A stretch of 64,000 nt of DNA from an uncultured Gemmatimonadales bacterium (GCA_963741945.1 CAVUKA010000008.1:32001-96000); one strand, 5' to 3'; shown: positions 50,950 to 61,414, numbered from the stretch's first letter. Program-made: numbers and translations. The notes: generated by a model not told the origin, from the sequence alone.

Positions 50950-51015
50950 TGACTACCACGAACCGCCAGGCGCGGGAAGCGGACCGGGCGCACGCCTTCG
51001 GGCGGGGGTGCTGAG

Positions 51016-53043
51016 ATGCACGGATTCGAACCGACGCTGTTGGGCTGGATCATCCTCCTCCCGCTCATCGGCTTTCTCGTAAACGCCGCGGCCGCCTTCC
51101 GGGCGCCTGCCGCGAAGACCATTCCCACCCTGGTGGGACCGGGGGTGGTGGGGCTCGCGTTCGTGATCGTGGCGATCAACTTCGTGCGCATGCTCGGTGT
51201 CGAGCTGCACGAGCCCGTGGTACAGACCTACTGGTCGTGGATGCCCGTGGGCGACCTCAGGATCGACGCCGCGCTCCAGCTCGACCAGTTGTCGATGATC
51301 ATGGCGCTGGTGGTCACGGGCGTGGGGTTCCTGATCCACGTCTTCAGCATCGGGTACATGCGCGAAGACCCGGGCTACGCCCGCTACTTCGCTTTCCTGA
51401 ACCTGTTCGTCTTCTTCATGCTCACCCTCGTGCTGGGGGCCAGCTACCCCGTCATGTTCGTCGGCTGGGAAGGCGTGGGACTCTGCAGCTACCTGCTGAT
51501 CGGGTTCTGGTTCTCCGATCGCGAGAAGGCGGACGCGGGGAAGAAGGCGTTCATCGTGAACCGGATTGGCGATTTCGGATTCCTGATCGCCATGTTCCTC
51601 CTGTTCGCGCACCTGGGCACCCTCAACTTCGTGGACGTATTCGCCGCCGCCCCGCAGGCGTTCACGTACGGCGGTGCCGTGATCACCACCATCACGCTCT
51701 TCTTCTTTCTCGGGGCCACGGGCAAGAGCGCGCAGATTCCGCTCTACATCTGGCTGCCGGACGCCATGGCCGGTCCCACGCCCGTCAGCGCCCTGATCCA
51801 CGCGGCGACGATGGTGACCGCCGGCGTCTACCTGGTGGCGCGGAGCAGCGTCCTTTTCGCGCTGGCTCCCGCGGCCAGCATCACCGTGGCCGTCGTGGGC
51901 GCGCTGACCGCGCTGTTCGCCGCCACGATCGGCCTGGTGCAGACGGACATCAAGAAGGTGCTGGCCTATTCCACCGTTTCGCAGCTCGGCTACATGTTCG
52001 TGGGCGTTGGGGTGGGAGCGTACGCCGCCGGGATCTTCCATTTGATGACGCACGCCTTCTTCAAGGCGCTGCTCTTCCTCGGTGCGGGCGCGGTGATCCA
52101 TTCCATGCACGAGGCTTTCCACCACACGCACCAGGACTGGGACGCCCAGGACATGCGCAACATGGGTGGCCTCCGGCATCACATGAAGAAGACGTGGATC
52201 TTCATGTGGGTGGCCACATTGGCCATTTCGGGCGTGTGGCCGTTCGCGGGCTTCTTCTCCAAGGATGAGATCATCTGGCAGGCTGCCGCGCGCGCCGTCG
52301 GTCCGTTCCGGGGGTGGTTCACGCTCGTGTGGGTCCTCGCCCTCGCCGCCGCGCTGCTCACGGCCTTCTACATGACCCGTCTGATGGTCCTGACGTTCCA
52401 CGGGGAGAACCGCAGCGGTGCGGCCGGGAAGCACATCCCCACCGCGCCCGCGGTCATGTGGATCCCGCTCGGGGTCCTGGCGCTGCTGGCCACGGTAGGT
52501 GGCTGGATCAACGTCCCTGAAGTGATCGGCCACACTCCGGTGCTCGGCTGGCTCCCGCACACGGAGTGGCTGCACGAGTGGCTCCACCCGCTCATGGCCG
52601 AGGCGGACCACGTTTTCAGCACGCACGTGGGCGCCCTGGCGGAAGCCGGACCGTTCGGCGGGAGCGAGGCGTTCTGGGCCATGGCCTCCTTCGCGCTGGC
52701 GGTGGCCGTGATCGTGGGGGCCACGATGTGGCTCGGCACGATCGAGCGGAAGCCCGCTTCGGAGACACCAGCCTACCGCGGCTTCGCGAAAGTGCTCTAC
52801 GACAAGTGGTACGTCGACGAGATCTACGACGCGCTCGTGGTTCAGCCCGTGATCCAGGGCTCCCGCGCGCTGTGGCGCTTCGTGGACGTGGGTATCATCG
52901 ACCGGACCGTCAACGGCGCGGGCGCCGTGGCCGCGTGGATCGGACGCGGCAGCTCGCGCCTGCAGACGGGCAACCTCAATGCGTACGCCTTCGCCATTGT
53001 GCTGGGCGTGCTCGTCATCCTCTACGTGGTGGTGGGGTTCTAG
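51016..53043 (+). CDS. nuoL: NADH-quinone oxidoreductase subunit L
   Basis: GWEGVGLCSY, NRIGD, GKSAQ, WLPDAMAGPTPVSALIHAATMV, THAFFKALLF. Confidence 0.96.
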   Translation: MHGFEPTLLGWIILLPLIGFLVNAAAAFRAPAAKTIPTLVGPGVVGLAFVIVAINFVRMLGVELHEPVVQTYWSWMPVGDLRIDAALQLDQLSMIMALVVTGVGFLIHVFSIGYMREDPGYARYFAFLNLFVFFMLTLVLGASYPVMFVGWEGVGLCSYLLIGFWFSDREKADAGKKAFIVNRIGDFGFLIAMFLLFAHLGTLNFVDVFAAAPQAFTYGGAVITTITLFFFLGATGKSAQIPLYIWLPDAMAGPTPVSALIHAATMVTAGVYLVARSSVLFALAPAASITVAVVGALTALFAATIGLVQTDIKKVLAYSTVSQLGYMFVGVGVGAYAAGIFHLMTHAFFKALLFLGAGAVIHSMHEAFHHTHQDWDAQDMRNMGGLRHHMKKTWIFMWVATLAISGVWPFAGFFSKDEIIWQAAARAVGPFRGWFTLVWVLALAAALLTAFYMTRLMVLTFHGENRSGAAGKHIPTAPAVMWIPLGVLALLATVGGWINVPEVIGHTPVLGWLPHTEWLHEWLHPLMAEADHVFSTHVGALAEAGPFGGSEAFWAMASFALAVAVIVGATMWLGTIERKPASETPAYRGFAKVLYDKWYVDEIYDALVVQPVIQGSRALWRFVDVGIIDRTVNGAGAVAAWIGRGSSRLQTGNLNAYAFAIVLGVLVILYVVVGF

Positions 53044-53047
53044 AGAG

Positions 53048-54643
53048 ATGGGATTCCTCGAAGCGATCGGATACGACAGCTGGGTGATCCATTTCCTTCT
53101 CTGGTTCCCCCTGCTCGGCATGGCGCTGGCCATGGCCGCGCCGGAGGAACGGGCGAAGCACGTGGCATTCGGTGTTGCGGTGATCGAGTTCGTGGTGAGC
53201 GTGCCACTCTGGTGGGCGTTCAACACGGCAACGGCAGCTTTCCAGTTCGGCGCCGCGGTGCCGTGGATCGCGAGCTGGGGCATCTACTATCGGGTGGGGA
53301 TCGACGGCATCAGCATGCTGCTGGTCCTCCTCACCACCTTCCTCATGCCGCTCGCCATCCTCGGCTCCTTCCGCTACATCCGGACACGGGAGCGGACGTT
53401 CTACGGAATGATGCTCCTGCTGCAGGTGGGCGTCCTCGGAGTGTTCGTCTCCCTGGACCTCTTCCTCTTCTTCATCTTCTGGGAGCTCATGCTCGTGCCG
53501 ATGTATTTCATCATCGGCGTTTGGGGGGGCGAGCGGCGGATCTACGCGGCGATCAAGTTCTTCCTGTACACGGCCGTGGGCTCCCTCCTCATGCTCGTGG
53601 CGATCCTGTACCTCTTCTTCAAGTACCGGACGCTGACCGGCGGCGTGAGCTTCGCCTACATGGACCTGCTCCAGGTTTCGCTGACCTATCACGAGCAGTT
53701 CTGGCTTTTCGGCGCCTTTGCACTCGCCTTCGCCATCAAGGTGCCGCTCTTCCCGTTCCACACCTGGCTGCCCGATGCCCACGTGGAGGCGCCGACGCCC
53801 GGCTCCGTGGTCCTGGCCGCCGTCCTGCTCAAGATGGGCGGGTACGGGTTTCTCCGTTTCCTGCTTCCGTTCTTCCCCGCTGCGGCCACGGACGGCGCGA
53901 TCGTCACCACCATGATGGTCCTGGGACTGCTCGGCATCACGTACGGGGCGTGGGTGGCCGCGGTGCAGCCGGACGCCAAGAAGCTCGTCGCCTACACGTC
54001 CGTGGCTCACATGGGATTCGTGGTCCTGGGGATCTTCGCGCTCACGGTGCAGGGGGTGCAGGGGGCGATGATCGTGATGCTGAGCCACGGCGCTTCCACG
54101 GGGGCCATGTTCCTCCTGCTGGGAATGCTGTACGAGCGGCGGCACACGCGCACCATCGCCGAGTTCGGCGGGCTGGCCGCCGTGATGCCGATGTTCGGCA
54201 CCATCTTCGTGATCACGGCGCTGGCGAGCATCGGGCTGCCCGGGACGAGCGGGTTCGTCGGGGAGTTCCTGAGCCTGATCGGGACTTTCGAGACACACCC
54301 CTGGGTGGCGCTCGTGGCAGCGACGGGCGTGATCTTCGCCGCGTACTACATGCTGCCGATGGTGCAGAAGATCTGGTACAACGGGCTCGACAAGCCCGAG
54401 AACGAGAACCTGCCTGACCTGAGCCCGCGCGAGCTGACCGTCCTGGCCCCGCTCGTGGTGGTGATGCTCTGGATGGGCGTCTACCCCAAGCCGTTCCTCG
54501 AGCGCACCGAGCAGAGTGTGACCCAGCTGGTGGCCACCGTGGAGCAGAACCGAATCCCGATGATGGGACGCTTCGGCGCCGAAGAGATGAGCACCGTGAA
54601 CGTGGAAGCCATGAACGACGCGGAGGCGGCGAATGCTGATTAG
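53048..54643 (+). CDS. nuoM: NADH-quinone oxidoreductase subunit M
   Basis: FWELMLVPMY, KVPLFPFHTWLPDAHVEAP, LKMGGYG, GLPGTSGFVGEF. Confidence 0.96.
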   Translation: MGFLEAIGYDSWVIHFLLWFPLLGMALAMAAPEERAKHVAFGVAVIEFVVSVPLWWAFNTATAAFQFGAAVPWIASWGIYYRVGIDGISMLLVLLTTFLMPLAILGSFRYIRTRERTFYGMMLLLQVGVLGVFVSLDLFLFFIFWELMLVPMYFIIGVWGGERRIYAAIKFFLYTAVGSLLMLVAILYLFFKYRTLTGGVSFAYMDLLQVSLTYHEQFWLFGAFALAFAIKVPLFPFHTWLPDAHVEAPTPGSVVLAAVLLKMGGYGFLRFLLPFFPAAATDGAIVTTMMVLGLLGITYGAWVAAVQPDAKKLVAYTSVAHMGFVVLGIFALTVQGVQGAMIVMLSHGASTGAMFLLLGMLYERRHTRTIAEFGGLAAVMPMFGTIFVITALASIGLPGTSGFVGEFLSLIGTFETHPWVALVAATGVIFAAYYMLPMVQKIWYNGLDKPENENLPDLSPRELTVLAPLVVVMLWMGVYPKPFLERTEQSVTQLVATVEQNRIPMMGRFGAEEMSTVNVEAMNDAEAANAD

Positions 54644-56144
54644 CTACGCCTCTCCGTACGACTACTTCTGGGCGCTGGCGCCCGAGATCGTCCTTTCCGC
54701 CTGGGCGCTGATCATCCTCCTGGTCGACGTCTTCCAGCGAGGCGACCGGCAGGAGTCCGCTCGCCCGGTCGTGGCGTGGCTCACTGTCATCGGGATCCTG
54801 TGCGCCGCCGGGGCCAACACGTGGCTGCTCACGGTCCATGAGGCCGGCGTGGCCGGCCCGATCGCGCTCGACGGGTTCCGGATCTACGCCAACTACCTGT
54901 TCCTCGCGGCGGCACTGCTCTTCGTGCCCATCTCGTGGAACTACCTCGATGAGCAGAAGATGCGGCACGGCGAAATCTTCGTGCTGACGCTCTTCGCGAC
55001 CGTGGGCATGATGTTCTTCGCGGGCACACGCGACCTCATGCTCATATTCCTCGGTCTCGAACTGATGTCCGTGGCCGTGTACGTGCTCACTGGCGTCAAC
55101 CGCCGGGATCGGCGCTCGGCTGAAGCGGCACTGAAGTACTTCCTCCTCGGTGCATTCTCCAGCGCGTTCTTCCTGTTCGGCATCGCCATGGTCTATGGCG
55201 GTGCGGGAAGCGTGAATCTGAGTGTGATCCGGGCGGCCGTGGGCGTGGACGGCGTGGATGCAGGCCTGATGCTGACCGCCGGCATGGCCATGTTGCTCGT
55301 AGGCTTCGCATTCAAGGTGGCGGCCATGCCGTTCCACATGTGGACGCCGGACGCGTACGAGGGCGCTCCCGCGCCGGTGACCGCGTTCATGGCAGCGGGC
55401 GTGAAGGCGGCGGCGTTCGCGGCCTTCCTGCGCGTTTTCATGACCGGCTTCATCGGGCTGTATGAGACGTGGCTGCCGCTGGTCGCGGGCCTCGCGTTCA
55501 TCACCATGGTGTTCGCGAACCTGACCGCCCTGAGCGAGGACAGTGTCAAGCGCATGCTGGCCTACTCCAGCATCGCCCACGCGGGCTATCTGCTCGTGGC
55601 GGTCGCGGCCGCGAACGTGCTGGGGTCGGCGGCGTTCCTCTATTACCTCGTCGCCTACACGCTCATGACCATGGGCGCGTTCGCGGTGGTGTTCCTGGTG
55701 GCGGAGAAGCACGAGCTGCGCCTCGGCCTTGCCGAGTACGGGGGGCTGGGCTGGCGGGCGCCATTGATCGGTGTGACCATGACGATCTTCCTGCTGAGCC
55801 TGGCGGGCGTGCCCCCGACGGGCGGGTTCTGGGGAAAGTTCGCCATCCTGCGGGCCGCCGTGGAGCGCGACAAGATCTGGCTGGCGGTGACGCTGGTCCT
55901 CGCCTCTCTGGTCTCGTACTACTATTACCTGCGCGTGGCGTGGTACATGTGGTTCAAGGAGCCGTCCGACGAGCGCGAACCGGAGCCGATTCACGTCTCG
56001 CCCGGTGTCGCCGCGGCACTGGTGGTAGCGGCCGTGGCCGTTCTGCTCATCGGGATCTTCCCGAGCTGGCTGCTGAATCTCGCGCAGGCCGGCGCGGCCG
56101 CGCTGACCGGGTCGCCTTTGACGGCCGGCATCGCGGCACCCTGA
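54633..56144 (+). CDS. nuoN: NADH-quinone oxidoreductase subunit N
   Basis: EAALKYF, FKVAAMPFHMWTPDAYEGAP, KRMLAYSSIAHAGY, YYYLR. Confidence 0.96.
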   Translation: MLISYASPYDYFWALAPEIVLSAWALIILLVDVFQRGDRQESARPVVAWLTVIGILCAAGANTWLLTVHEAGVAGPIALDGFRIYANYLFLAAALLFVPISWNYLDEQKMRHGEIFVLTLFATVGMMFFAGTRDLMLIFLGLELMSVAVYVLTGVNRRDRRSAEAALKYFLLGAFSSAFFLFGIAMVYGGAGSVNLSVIRAAVGVDGVDAGLMLTAGMAMLLVGFAFKVAAMPFHMWTPDAYEGAPAPVTAFMAAGVKAAAFAAFLRVFMTGFIGLYETWLPLVAGLAFITMVFANLTALSEDSVKRMLAYSSIAHAGYLLVAVAAANVLGSAAFLYYLVAYTLMTMGAFAVVFLVAEKHELRLGLAEYGGLGWRAPLIGVTMTIFLLSLAGVPPTGGFWGKFAILRAAVERDKIWLAVTLVLASLVSYYYYLRVAWYMWFKEPSDEREPEPIHVSPGVAAALVVAAVAVLLIGIFPSWLLNLAQAGAAALTGSPLTAGIAAP

Positions 56145-56163
56145 TCTCCCGCAACGGCCGAGG

Positions 56164-56201
56164 ACGGTCCCGGACCCTGCGCAGGGTCCGCGGACCGTTT
56201 T
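56164..56201 (+). terminator. probable terminator after nuoN
   Basis: ACGGTCC-CGGACCCTG / CAGGGTCCG-C-GGACCGT hairpin followed by TTT. Confidence 0.6.
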
Positions 56202-56234
56202 CGCTGGTGGCATGGACCTGAACGGAACGACGAC

Positions 56235-57608
56235 ATGGCCCTGAACGAGCACATCTTCCGCGAGTACGACATCCGCGGTGTGGTGGCCGAAGACCTCACC
56301 GGCGACGTGCCGCGCTGGATCGGTCGCGCCTTCGGGAGTGAGCTCCGCGCCCGCAACGGCGGCCGCGGCGACCTGACGGTCGCGGTCGGCCACGACAACC
56401 GCCCCAGCTCGCCCGCGCTCGCCGCGGGCGTGGTGAACGGCCTGCGCGAAGCCGGCGTCAACGTGGTCCTGGTGAATACGGTCCCGACGCCCACGCTTTA
56501 CTGGGCCGTCCAGCGCTTCGGCACGGACGGGGGGCTGCAGATCACGGGCTCTCACAATCCGCCGGAATACAACGGCTTCAAGATGCTGGCGAACGGCAAG
56601 TCGTTTTTTGGCGATGACATCCAGCTGCTGAAGCGTCGCATCGTCGGCCGTGATTTCAGCTCCGGGAATGGATCGCTGGAGGAGCGCGCCGCGCTCGAAG
56701 ACTACGTGGAGGATATCGCCGGCCGGTTCCAGCTTCCGCGGCCCGTGAAGGTGGTGGCGGACTGCGGGAACGGGACGGGGAGCCTCGTGGCGGTGGAGCT
56801 GCTCGAGCGGCTCGGGGCGAACGTGATCCCGCTCTACTGCGAGTCCGATGGCACGTTTCCGAACCACCACCCGGACCCCACGGTGGACGCCTACATCGCA
56901 GACATGATCGAAGCGGTGAAGCGCGAGGGCGCCGAGCTGGGGGTGGCGTTCGATGGGGATGCCGACCGTATCGGCGCCGTGGACGAGAATGGCCGGGTGG
57001 TACGGGGCGACATCCTCCTGCTCCTGTTCGGGCTCGACCTGCTCGAGCGGAAAGGTCCCGGGCAGAAGGTCATCTTCAATGTGAAATGCTCGCAGGTGCT
57101 CCCGGAGGTGCTGGAAGCCCACGGTGGAGAGCCCATCATGTGGAAGACGGGGCACTCCCTCATCAAGGAAAAGATGAAGGAGACGGGCGCTCCGGTGGCC
57201 GGCGAGCTGTCCGGCCACATCTGCCTGGGGGACGACTATTACGGCTTCGACGACGCTCTCTACGCCGCCTGCCGACTGATCGACCTCGTCGCCCGGAGCG
57301 ATCGCACGCTGTCCGGGCTCACGGCCGATTTCCCGAAGTACGTCTCCACTCCCGAGATCCGGATCGAAGTCCCCGAGGAGCGGAAGTTCGAGATCGTCGC
57401 GAAGGCGGTGGACGCGTTCTCCCGTGATCACGAAGTGATCGCCGTCGACGGCGCGCGCGTCCTGTTCGACGGTGGTTGGGGTCTGCTGCGGGCCTCCAAT
57501 ACCCAGCCCGTCCTGGTCCTCCGCTACGAAGCCCGCACGCAGGCGCAGCTCGACCGGATCCGGGAGACCATGGAAACGTGGCTCCGTTCGCAGGGGGTCG
57601 AGCCGTAA
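56235..57608 (+). CDS. phosphomannomutase/phosphoglucomutase (AlgC-like)
   Basis: FREYDIRG, ITGSHNP, FPNHHPDP, FDGDADR, GELSGH, LRASNTQP. Confidence 0.93.
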   Translation: MALNEHIFREYDIRGVVAEDLTGDVPRWIGRAFGSELRARNGGRGDLTVAVGHDNRPSSPALAAGVVNGLREAGVNVVLVNTVPTPTLYWAVQRFGTDGGLQITGSHNPPEYNGFKMLANGKSFFGDDIQLLKRRIVGRDFSSGNGSLEERAALEDYVEDIAGRFQLPRPVKVVADCGNGTGSLVAVELLERLGANVIPLYCESDGTFPNHHPDPTVDAYIADMIEAVKREGAELGVAFDGDADRIGAVDENGRVVRGDILLLLFGLDLLERKGPGQKVIFNVKCSQVLPEVLEAHGGEPIMWKTGHSLIKEKMKETGAPVAGELSGHICLGDDYYGFDDALYAACRLIDLVARSDRTLSGLTADFPKYVSTPEIRIEVPEERKFEIVAKAVDAFSRDHEVIAVDGARVLFDGGWGLLRASNTQPVLVLRYEARTQAQLDRIRETMETWLRSQGVEP

Positions 57609-57609
57609 C

Positions 57610-60348
57610 ATGAGCCGCCGCGCTGTCCGCACCCTCATCGGGATCGGTGCCGCGATGGTCGTCCTGCTCGTGGCGGGGCGTGCGGGCGTGGGCTTCTACA
57701 CGGACGTGCTCTGGTTCGGCGAGGTCGGATACCTTGGCACGTTCTGGACCCGGCTCTGGCTGCGGCTGGGGGTTCGCGGAGTGGCGGCGCTGATCGGGGC
57801 TATCCTCATCTTCCTGAACCTCTGGGTGGTGGCTCGCCACCTGGGGCCAGTCCGCGTGCGGCGGCGATACGGCAACCTCGAGTTCGCCGAGCGGATCCCG
57901 CACCGCTGGGTGATGCTCCTGTCCATCGCCGTGGCGCTCCTCGGCGGCTGGTGGCTGGCGGTCCTGCAGTTCGACGAGAACGCCATCCTGGCGGCAGCAA
58001 GCTGGGTGCGTCGGGTGCCCTGGGGATTGCAGGACCCGCTTTTCGGTCACGATGTCGGGTTCTACGTGTTCACGCTGCCGTTCGCGCTGGACGCCCTGGG
58101 CTTCCTCGTGCTGGTGACCGTCTGGAGCCTCACGCTGGTGGTGCTGGGCCACGTGCTTGCCGGAGGGATACGCTGGCAGGAGAACCGTCTGGACATGGCG
58201 CGCGCCGCACGGCTGCATGGCGCCGCACTCCTGGCGGCTCTGCTCCTCCTCCTGGCCGTCCGCTACTGGCTCGCCCGCTACCTCCTGGTCGTGGAGGGGC
58301 ATGGTGTGAGCGGCGCGCTGGGCTACACGGACGTGAAGGCCAGACTGCCCGCCTATGCCGCCCTCGCGGTCCTGTCCCTCGGGACGGGCGCGGCGCTGGT
58401 CTACGGCGCCGTGCGACAAGCGCTGCTTCCGCCCATCGTCGCACTGGGCGGACTCCTCCTCACCGGGTTCCTGCTCGGCGTGGCCTATCCGGGCGCGGTA
58501 CAGAAGTTCCGGGTCGAGCCGAACGAGCTGAGCCGGGAGGCGCCCTACATCCGGTGGAACCTGGAGTTCACGCGCCGCGCTTTCGGGCTCGACAGCATGG
58601 CCCGGCAGCGCTTCCCCTACCGGCCTGCGGCTTCTCCCGCCCCGGAGAGGGTCCGTCCGCTCCTGGCCCGGGTCCCGCTCTGGGATCCGGAGCCGCTGCA
58701 GCGGGCCTTCAATCAGATGCAGAGCCTGTTTCCCTACTACTCGTTCCCGAACGTCGAGTACGATCGCTACGGCCCGGAGGGGGGCGAGCGGCAGGTGGTG
58801 ATCGGTGTCCGCGAGTTCCATCCGTCCGGACTCGATCCCGCGGCCCGGACGTGGCAGAGCCTTCACTTGAATCCCTCGTACATTCAAGGGCTGGGGGCCG
58901 TGGTCGCGGCCGCACACCCGCAGAGTGGCGGCGCAGGAGCACCGGAGCTGTGGGTCCGCAACATCAATCCGGTCATCACCGATCCGACCGCGCCGCCGTC
59001 GGTATCGCTCCAGCGGCCCAATGTGTTCTTTGGACAGGCTACGGGCGAGTATGCGGTGGTGGTGCCGGGGCGGGACAGCATGCTCACAGGGACGCCGGGC
59101 GTGGACTTCCCATCGGGGATCCGGCTGAGCTCCTTCTGGCGCGTCCTGGCGTTCGCCTGGCGCTTCGGGGATGAGACCCTGTTGTTCTCGGGTGACGTGG
59201 ACCGGCAGAGCCGTCTGCTCTTCCGTCGCGCTGTGCGCGAGCGGGTTTCCGAAATCGTGCCATTTCTGTCGTGGGACGAAAACCCCCTCCCGGTCATCGC
59301 CGATGGGAAGATCGTGTGGCTCGTGGACGGCTACACCGCCTCTTCCTCCTTCCCCCTCGCCCGCGCAGTGGCCGTCCGCCGCGGACGCATCCGCTACCTC
59401 CGGCCCTCCGTCAAGGCCGCCGTGGACGCCGTGACGGGCGCTGTGACGTTCTACCGGGTGCTCGATGACGACCCGCTTCTGTCCACGTATGCCCGCATCT
59501 ATCCGGCGCTGTTCCACCCGCTCTCGGACATGCCGCCGGTCCTGCGGCGCCACCTCCGGTATCCCCAGCTCGCGCTCCTCACACAGGCCGAGGTGCTGCA
59601 GGAATACCACGTCCAGCGGGTCGAGACGTTCTATGCCCGCCAGGACGTCTGGGAGCGGGCTCGCAGCACCGCCGCCGGCGCGCAGCAGAGCGGGCAGCAG
59701 CCCATGTACGCCCTGGTGCCCACACCGGACGGCTCGGGCACGGTGGAGTTCCTGGGACTGCTCCCGTTCATCGCGCAGTCCAGGCAGAACATGACGGCGG
59801 TCCTCTTCGTCCGGAACGATCCGACTCGCTACGGTTCACTCGGCCTGGTGGAGCTTCCGCGGGATCAACAGATCCCGGGGCCGGGCCAGGTGCAGGCGAT
59901 GATCGAACAGGACCCTGTGATCTCCCCGGAGCTCTCGCTGCTGAGGCAGCGCGGGAGCGGCGTGGACATGGGCCGCATGCGTGTGCTCCCCATGGACAGC
60001 GCCGTGCTCTACATTGAGCCACTCTTCCTGAGCGCCGAGGAGAATCCGATCCCGGAGCTCTGGCGGATGGTGGTCAGTGACGGTCGTGCCGTCAGCATGG
60101 GTAGAACGCTCGACGACGCGCTCGCCGGGCTCGGCCAGGCGCCGCAACCTTCCACCGGCCAGCCTGCTGCGGCCGATTCGGCGGCACCGGCCATGGGCGC
60201 GTGGCCCCGGCAGGCGCTGGACGCCCTGGATCGGGCGCAGGAACGGTTGCGGGCCGGCGACTGGGCCGGCTACGGTCAGGCGCTGGAGGAGCTCCGGCGC
60301 ATCCTCGAGGCGGTGAACGGGGCGGGGGCCCCGACGGGGGCGGGATGA
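57610..60348 (+). CDS. UPF0182 family membrane protein
   Basis: TDVLWF, DPLFGHDVGFYVFTLP, GYTDV, VEPNELSREAPYI, WLVDGYT, SVKAAVDA, GDWAGYG. Confidence 0.9.
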   Translation: MSRRAVRTLIGIGAAMVVLLVAGRAGVGFYTDVLWFGEVGYLGTFWTRLWLRLGVRGVAALIGAILIFLNLWVVARHLGPVRVRRRYGNLEFAERIPHRWVMLLSIAVALLGGWWLAVLQFDENAILAAASWVRRVPWGLQDPLFGHDVGFYVFTLPFALDALGFLVLVTVWSLTLVVLGHVLAGGIRWQENRLDMARAARLHGAALLAALLLLLAVRYWLARYLLVVEGHGVSGALGYTDVKARLPAYAALAVLSLGTGAALVYGAVRQALLPPIVALGGLLLTGFLLGVAYPGAVQKFRVEPNELSREAPYIRWNLEFTRRAFGLDSMARQRFPYRPAASPAPERVRPLLARVPLWDPEPLQRAFNQMQSLFPYYSFPNVEYDRYGPEGGERQVVIGVREFHPSGLDPAARTWQSLHLNPSYIQGLGAVVAAAHPQSGGAGAPELWVRNINPVITDPTAPPSVSLQRPNVFFGQATGEYAVVVPGRDSMLTGTPGVDFPSGIRLSSFWRVLAFAWRFGDETLLFSGDVDRQSRLLFRRAVRERVSEIVPFLSWDENPLPVIADGKIVWLVDGYTASSSFPLARAVAVRRGRIRYLRPSVKAAVDAVTGAVTFYRVLDDDPLLSTYARIYPALFHPLSDMPPVLRRHLRYPQLALLTQAEVLQEYHVQRVETFYARQDVWERARSTAAGAQQSGQQPMYALVPTPDGSGTVEFLGLLPFIAQSRQNMTAVLFVRNDPTRYGSLGLVELPRDQQIPGPGQVQAMIEQDPVISPELSLLRQRGSGVDMGRMRVLPMDSAVLYIEPLFLSAEENPIPELWRMVVSDGRAVSMGRTLDDALAGLGQAPQPSTGQPAAADSAAPAMGAWPRQALDALDRAQERLRAGDWAGYGQALEELRRILEAVNGAGAPTGAG

Positions 60349-60415
60349 AGAGAAAGTCGCGGCGCTACGCGGATCCTGACGCGAATCTCGGTTGCCGGTC
60401 CCGGGTGGCTCGGTT

Positions 60416-61372
60416 ATGATGGCGCGGCGCCCGAGACAGGCCCGCACGATCGTGGTCGCGCTCGGCGGGAACGCGCTCCAGCCGCCGGGCGGGAAGGGCG
60501 ACATCTACGAGCAGTTCGCCCACACCCGGTCCAGCCTCGAGCCACTCGTGGCCCTCGCCCGTGAGGGCTGGCGCATCGCCGTGGTGCACGGGAACGGGCC
60601 TCAGATCGGGGATGACCTCCGGCGAAACGAAATGGCGCGCGAGTCCCTCCCTCCGCTCCCCGTTGGCGTGCTGGTGGCGGGTACCGAGGGGTGGATCGGT
60701 TACATGATCCAGCAGTCGCTGAAGAACGCGCTCGAGCGTTTCGGCGTGAAGCGTGACGTGGTCACGGTTGTCACGCAGGTGGTGGTGGACCCCGATGACC
60801 CCGCCACGACGGAGCCGGTCAAGCCGATCGGACGGGTCATGGACGAGCACGCGGCGCGCGACCTGGAGCGAAGCGGGATCCCGGTCCGGGAGACACCGAA
60901 TGGCTGGCGCCGCCTCATCGCATCGCCATTGCCGCTGCGCATTGTCGAGCACGTGCAGATCCGGCGGCTGGTGGAAGAAGGGACGATCGTCATCGCGGCC
61001 GGGGGCGGCGGCTGCCCCGTCTACATCGATCCGAAGCTCGGGATCGAGGGCGTGGATGCGGTCATCGACAAGGACCGGGCCGCACAGGTGCTCGGCGGCG
61101 ACATCGACGCAACCGAGTTCGTCATTCTGACGGACGTCGATGGTGTATACAGCGATTTCGGGAAGCCGGATCAGAAATTGATTCCCCGGCTGACGGTGGC
61201 CGAGGCGAGGGGTCTGCTGGGATCGGACGAGCTGGGGAAGGGGAGCATGGCCCCCAAGGTAGAGGCGTGTGTGGCGTTCGTGGAAGCCGGCGGAGACGCC
61301 GCTCACATCGGCCGCCTGGACGCCGGTCTGGAAGTGGTGGAAGGACGCACGGGAACGACCATCCTGCCGTAG
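60416..61372 (+). CDS. arcC: carbamate kinase
   Basis: VVALGGNAL, HGNGPQ, KPIG, GWRR, AVIDKD, GSMAPKVEA. Confidence 0.94.
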   Translation: MMARRPRQARTIVVALGGNALQPPGGKGDIYEQFAHTRSSLEPLVALAREGWRIAVVHGNGPQIGDDLRRNEMARESLPPLPVGVLVAGTEGWIGYMIQQSLKNALERFGVKRDVVTVVTQVVVDPDDPATTEPVKPIGRVMDEHAARDLERSGIPVRETPNGWRRLIASPLPLRIVEHVQIRRLVEEGTIVIAAGGGGCPVYIDPKLGIEGVDAVIDKDRAAQVLGGDIDATEFVILTDVDGVYSDFGKPDQKLIPRLTVAEARGLLGSDELGKGSMAPKVEACVAFVEAGGDAAHIGRLDAGLEVVEGRTGTTILP

Positions 61373-61414
61373 CGGGCACGGCGGCGGGAGCAATCTGCGA
61401 AGGGAAAGCAGAGG

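Noticed and set aside
54213-57638. 1141-aa minus-strand ORF and many other long antisense ORFs (e.g. 520-2322, 16751-18754, 37835-39853, 50953-53283)
   Set aside because: These are shadow ORFs opposite well-conserved genes. They are expected at 70% GC and carry no recognisable motifs.
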